DNA of 64,000 nucleotides from a virus (Duplodnaviria; Heunggongvirae; Uroviricota; Caudoviricetes): IMG/VR virus record IMGVR_UViG_2939521961_000009; one strand, 5' to 3'. Shown piece by piece: positions 60,267 to 64,000 of this stretch (position 1 is its first letter; each line of letters starts with the position of its first letter). The notes under the pieces were generated by a model. It saw only the letters and a program-made list of their open reading frames with translations, ran no database searches and was not told where the DNA came from. The position numbers and the translations under genes were made by a program.

Positions 60267-61195
60267 ACCTGTGAGAGTAATTCAGGGTTGGTATAAACCT
60301 CTTTAAAGGCCGCATTAATATGTTTTTCTGTCAGCGCCGCGCCTTCACCGCTGGCGGTGAGCCACGCCTGGTTAAGCGTATGTGTCAGAACGCGTAACGC
60401 TCCCGGCTTTTCAGCGATAGCCTGCATGACGGCCAGCTCGGCCTCACCACTGATCCCCCACGCCCTGGCAATGGCCAGCACATCCGCCTTTTTGGCCTTG
60501 CGAAGTTGTTTTGTACGGGCAAGACGGCTGAACAGGCGCGATAAATCATCAAAGGCGCGGCGTCCACCTTTAAACAATCCGCGCGGGTTACCAATAAGCA
60601 CCATCCCGATCCCCGTGGCGTCCTGAATTGCCCGGAGTTGCTCCAGACCGTCAATACCAAGATGATCCGCCTCATCCACAATCACCAGTCCACGCGTTCC
60701 CATCAGGCGACGGCGGATGGCGCGGGATAATGCCCCTTTGTTCGCGCGGGTGTAATCAATCCCCAGCGCATCGGCCAGCTCCAGCAGACACTCCGTGACG
60801 CTGGAGTGCGCGGGTGACAGGGTGATCATCCAGGTGTTTGGTTGCTCCTGGCAGTAATTACGGGCAGTGGCCGTTTTACCCACACCCGGTACGCCCACAA
60901 TAACGTTAATACAGCCCATCAGACGAACCGCCTGAAACAGTGCGCGCAGCTCCTGGACTGTCTGCGTTTCCACAAACTGCGGCGGTTCCGGCAGTGCGCT
61001 TTGTTTATTCCAGTTCTCATACCAGGAACGCAGGGAAGCAGCCACAGCAGCGTTATCGCCTTTATATTTTCCCTTACGGAAAGCCGATAATGTGCCGTCG
61101 GAAATTCCCGCCTCTCTGGCGATGGCATACTGCGTCAGTACGCCGCCATCAATAAGTTCATCAATGGTCTTGATTACATCGTTAATATCAGTCAT
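60263..61195 (-). CDS. DNA transposition protein B (MuB-like AAA+ ATPase), 310 aa
   Basis: Walker A GVPGVGKT, Walker B VIVDEADHL, N-terminal HTH; follows A. Confidence 0.85.
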   Translation of the reverse strand: MTDINDVIKTIDELIDGGVLTQYAIAREAGISDGTLSAFRKGKYKGDNAAVAASLRSWYENWNKQSALPEPPQFVETQTVQELRALFQAVRLMGCINVIVGVPGVGKTATARNYCQEQPNTWMITLSPAHSSVTECLLELADALGIDYTRANKGALSRAIRRRLMGTRGLVIVDEADHLGIDGLEQLRAIQDATGIGMVLIGNPRGLFKGGRRAFDDLSRLFSRLARTKQLRKAKKADVLAIARAWGISGEAELAVMQAIAEKPGALRVLTHTLNQAWLTASGEGAALTEKHINAAFKEVYTNPELLSQV

Positions 61196-61266
61196 ATTAT
61201 TAACCTCTCATTTGATACCTTGTTTAATCAAATAACCTGAGTCGCCGCTCGGGTTATTTTTTTATT

Positions 61267-63357
61267 TCAGGCCAGCGGGTCATTTTCTTTTAATTTCGCT
61301 TCCAGCAACTGCAATCCCCGCTGGAAATTACGCTCGTATTCTTCATCAGGTTCATCGTCAGCGACCGGTTGCTGAACGGTCACCGTATTACCCACAGGGC
61401 GGTATATGTTTTCCAGCCAGGGCTCCTGCGGCTTGTGCTCCAGCACGTTGACAACCTCATCCTCGGCATCACGGATTTTTTCCTCTGCGCGTTTACGCAT
61501 GCCTTTAAGGCGTTGCTGCTGTTTGTAGTATTCCGCGCTAACCGGGAAGGCTTCGCGTTTATTACCGTCCCATACCGCCTCGCAAATCACGCTGCCATCC
61601 AGGCGACGTACGGTAATTCGTTCGGCATCATGAATGTCATAGCTGATAAGCACCTTACGACCATGCTCGTCACGCAGCTCGGGCGCGTAGTAAATATTAT
61701 TCAGCCAGCGTATTTCACAGCGTCTTACAGGGCGTTCCACCATCGGCCGGAACATATCCCGCAGCTCAACATCGGACAGCCATTCAATTTCCGTGTCCTC
61801 TTCCGCCAGGCGTTTTTTTCTGAACTCCGCCGGGCTGTAATGCTTGCCGTTCGGCTTCACCGGTAATTCATCGTGCGGCCGGTTGTTGTACCACTCAACA
61901 CCGTCACGAATGGCATCAATCAGTTCAGACCAGGACGGTAAATCACGCATCGCTGACTGCTGCCGGGCGTTCAGCCGTTTGCCCTGTTGCAGGGCAGTAA
62001 ATGCCGAGCGTAAATCGCGGTTGGTTTTGCGTAACGTCTCGCGATCTGCACCTTTCCCGAAATAGGTGCGGTATTTACGGGCTATGCGCATCGGTAATGT
62101 GCGGTTAAGCCGTTCGATAATGCCTCGTCCCTGCGGATTACCGGCAATCCCGGTCGGGTGATTAATCCCCAGTCGCGGCAGTATCCCCACAACCTCCTTA
62201 TCCAGGATGTCGGCGGTTTCCCCGGAGCCGTTATCCGAGTAATACAGAAACGGTTTGCCGTGATGGCGAATGCCGTGCTGTATGGCACCGGCTACGGCGA
62301 AAACATTTTCAGCCAGGTCAAGGCTCCAGCCCACCACAAAGCGCGTGCCACCGTCGATAACAAAGGTCACTTCCGGTGCAAATGGCCGACCGTGAACCGG
62401 GTGTGCGCATTTCAGCTTCATGCCGTGACCGTCACCAATCCAGACATAATTCACCGGCATTCTGGACCAGTCGCGGCGCGTGAATCCCTCAAGCTGGCGG
62501 TATTCACTGCCGGTCACCCGGCCTTTTTGTTTCACCACTTCCGGCAGTTTCTTCATTGCGCGGCGAATGGTGTCATAAGACGGCATGATATCGAGCATAT
62601 AAGGCTCATCAGCGTGCCGGTGCTGCCATTCAGCGACAAAATCCTCGTAAGCCTCGGTCATTGGTCGGCCGTTTGACTGGCGATACTGCGCCAGAAATTC
62701 GGGCAGCCAGTTAATATCTTCAGCTTTTATTTCCTGGCGCTTACCCGGTGCCAGTAAAAGCAGGCGTTCAGCGGCGTTCTGCGCCTTGTTAAAGGCCGCA
62801 ATCCAGCGTTTCAGCGTTATTTCACTCAACGCACGGCTGTTTCCCTTTTTGGCGTTCGCCGTCTCAACCATTGCCACAATGCGCTCGTCCAGTTGCGAAC
62901 GTGCCAGGTTGTCAACGATAAACCGGATAGCTTTCGCACAGCTGAAACCGGGTTGTTGCGCGACTTTCATCACTTCGCTGACGATCGCAATTCGTGCATC
63001 AGCCACCTGGCGCTGGTTTTCAGTCAGGGCATTAAGGCGTTCAACCATCAGTTGTGGTGATCCGCGATATGCCTCCACCGCATCAACCACGGCAGGCGAG
63101 CGTCTGGCCTTTGTCACCACCGGAGCCGGTGATTCATCAGCTTTTTGCGTCATCAGTTGAAGGGCATAACGTTCACGCAATACTTGTTGCGCGCCAGAAG
63201 GCAAACAATCGATATTAAATTCGATTGCTTTTGTCCCCTTACGTTTGCGTAACATGGCTGCATTTCCCGCAGCTGCTTTTGTGAGTCGATGGCGAATGTT
63301 ATGTTCCATCATTGGTAAATCAGGAAGACCAACACATTCTTTTGCTGTTACCCACAT
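61267..63357 (-). CDS. Transposase A (MuA-like), 696 aa
   Basis: Size, position between ner and B. Confidence 0.9.
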   Translation of the reverse strand: MWVTAKECVGLPDLPMMEHNIRHRLTKAAAGNAAMLRKRKGTKAIEFNIDCLPSGAQQVLRERYALQLMTQKADESPAPVVTKARRSPAVVDAVEAYRGSPQLMVERLNALTENQRQVADARIAIVSEVMKVAQQPGFSCAKAIRFIVDNLARSQLDERIVAMVETANAKKGNSRALSEITLKRWIAAFNKAQNAAERLLLLAPGKRQEIKAEDINWLPEFLAQYRQSNGRPMTEAYEDFVAEWQHRHADEPYMLDIMPSYDTIRRAMKKLPEVVKQKGRVTGSEYRQLEGFTRRDWSRMPVNYVWIGDGHGMKLKCAHPVHGRPFAPEVTFVIDGGTRFVVGWSLDLAENVFAVAGAIQHGIRHHGKPFLYYSDNGSGETADILDKEVVGILPRLGINHPTGIAGNPQGRGIIERLNRTLPMRIARKYRTYFGKGADRETLRKTNRDLRSAFTALQQGKRLNARQQSAMRDLPSWSELIDAIRDGVEWYNNRPHDELPVKPNGKHYSPAEFRKKRLAEEDTEIEWLSDVELRDMFRPMVERPVRRCEIRWLNNIYYAPELRDEHGRKVLISYDIHDAERITVRRLDGSVICEAVWDGNKREAFPVSAEYYKQQQRLKGMRKRAEEKIRDAEDEVVNVLEHKPQEPWLENIYRPVGNTVTVQQPVADDEPDEEYERNFQRGLQLLEAKLKENDPLA

Positions 63358-63367
63358 ACATCCCCCA

Positions 63368-63634
63368 TCAAGCCACTTCTCTGGCGTCCACCTGGTATCT
63401 GCTGGGCCAGATTACAGCAGGTTCAACCCCTATTTTTTCGGCGATGGCGGCTTCGTATTTACGGCACTGGCGGTAAAACACATTGCGCATTGATCCGCTT
63501 TTTAATCCTAACTCCCTTTCCAGTTCAGGGAGGTCTGTGCCTTTGTTTTCAAGGGCTGCATATACCGCTTTAGCAGACCAGTCACACCCCTCTCGAACAA
63601 ACAAATTATTCGATGCTTGTCTGGATACCCTCAT
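63368..63634 (-). CDS. ner: Ner-like DNA-binding protein
   Basis: C-terminal EPAVIWPSRYQ matches recalled Ner family; divergent from repressor. Confidence 0.75.
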   Translation of the reverse strand: MRVSRQASNNLFVREGCDWSAKAVYAALENKGTDLPELERELGLKSGSMRNVFYRQCRKYEAAIAEKIGVEPAVIWPSRYQVDAREVA

Positions 63635-63790
63635 TGTGTGATCCTCTCATGTTTACCTGAACCGATAATCAAAACCGGTTATCGATTTAGGTAAATCATA
63701 ATCGCAAAATAATTCGATATCAACGGTTTTTTGCGAGCATATCGAAATTAAATGCGATGTCGATAATTTCTTTGTTTTATAGGGGGTTAT
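63635..63790. promoter_or_regulatory. Divergent early promoter/operator region between ner and repressor, with repeated CGATAA/TTATCG motifs
   Basis: Several copies of the motif in 156 bp between divergent regulators. Confidence 0.45.
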
Positions 63791-64000
63791 ATGGATAAGG
63801 CAGAAAAAACCGTATCCAGTGCGGAACGGTTTATTGATATGGAAGGAATAAACCGATTTTCAGAACGCTTAGCTATGGCTATGGGAAACATGACAAACGT
63901 CGAACTGGCGACCCTTTGTGGACTATCTGAAGCCACAGTAAGAAATTACAGGAAGGGGAAAAACTTCCCTCCTTTGGATAAACTGGCCTTAATAGCTAAA
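63791..64000 (+). CDS. Phage repressor, N-terminal HTH part (70 codons, continues beyond window)
   Basis: ATG at 63791 with open frame to window end; HTH-like ELATLCGLSEATVRNYRKG; divergent from ner. Confidence 0.55.
   Translation, partial: MDKAEKTVSSAERFIDMEGINRFSERLAMAMGNMTNVELATLCGLSEATVRNYRKGKNFPPLDKLALIAK

Larger units (their letters stand above)
25961..64000 (-). mobile_element. Mu-like transposable prophage; right end at about 25960-25990, left end beyond window
   Basis: Complete Mu gene order in reverse: mom/com, gin, S/U segment, baseplate, tail, head, terminase, lysis, Mor/C, gam, B, A, ner, repressor. Confidence 0.75.

Overview
The window reads, left to right: a chromosomal flank (ydfI partial, ydfJ); the late region of a defective Qin-like lambdoid prophage (ydfK, pin, tfa, stf, lom, J-I-K-L-M-H-GT-V-U-Z-FII, protease-capsid fusion, portal), all on the minus strand and carrying two identical 1264-bp IS3-family elements (IS600-like) in inverted orientation; then a Mu-like transposable prophage from about 25.96 kb to the window end. 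The Mu-like element shows the full Mu gene order in reverse: com-mom at the right end, a cargo module with a large SASA-type esterase, gin plus a compact G-like invertible tail-fibre segment, baseplate/tail/head/terminase genes, lysis genes, Mor/C, a block of unknown early genes, gam, B, A, ner and the start of the repressor. All calls come from reading the translated ORFs and the DNA by eye; no database search was run, so family names are recollection-based and precise starts are approximate. No rRNA, tRNA, CRISPR array or stx genes were recognised. The best candidates for something undescribed are the seven-gene unknown cluster in the Mu-like early region (55105-58282) and the cargo module between gin and com-mom (27358-30132); neither can be assigned a function from sequence alone.
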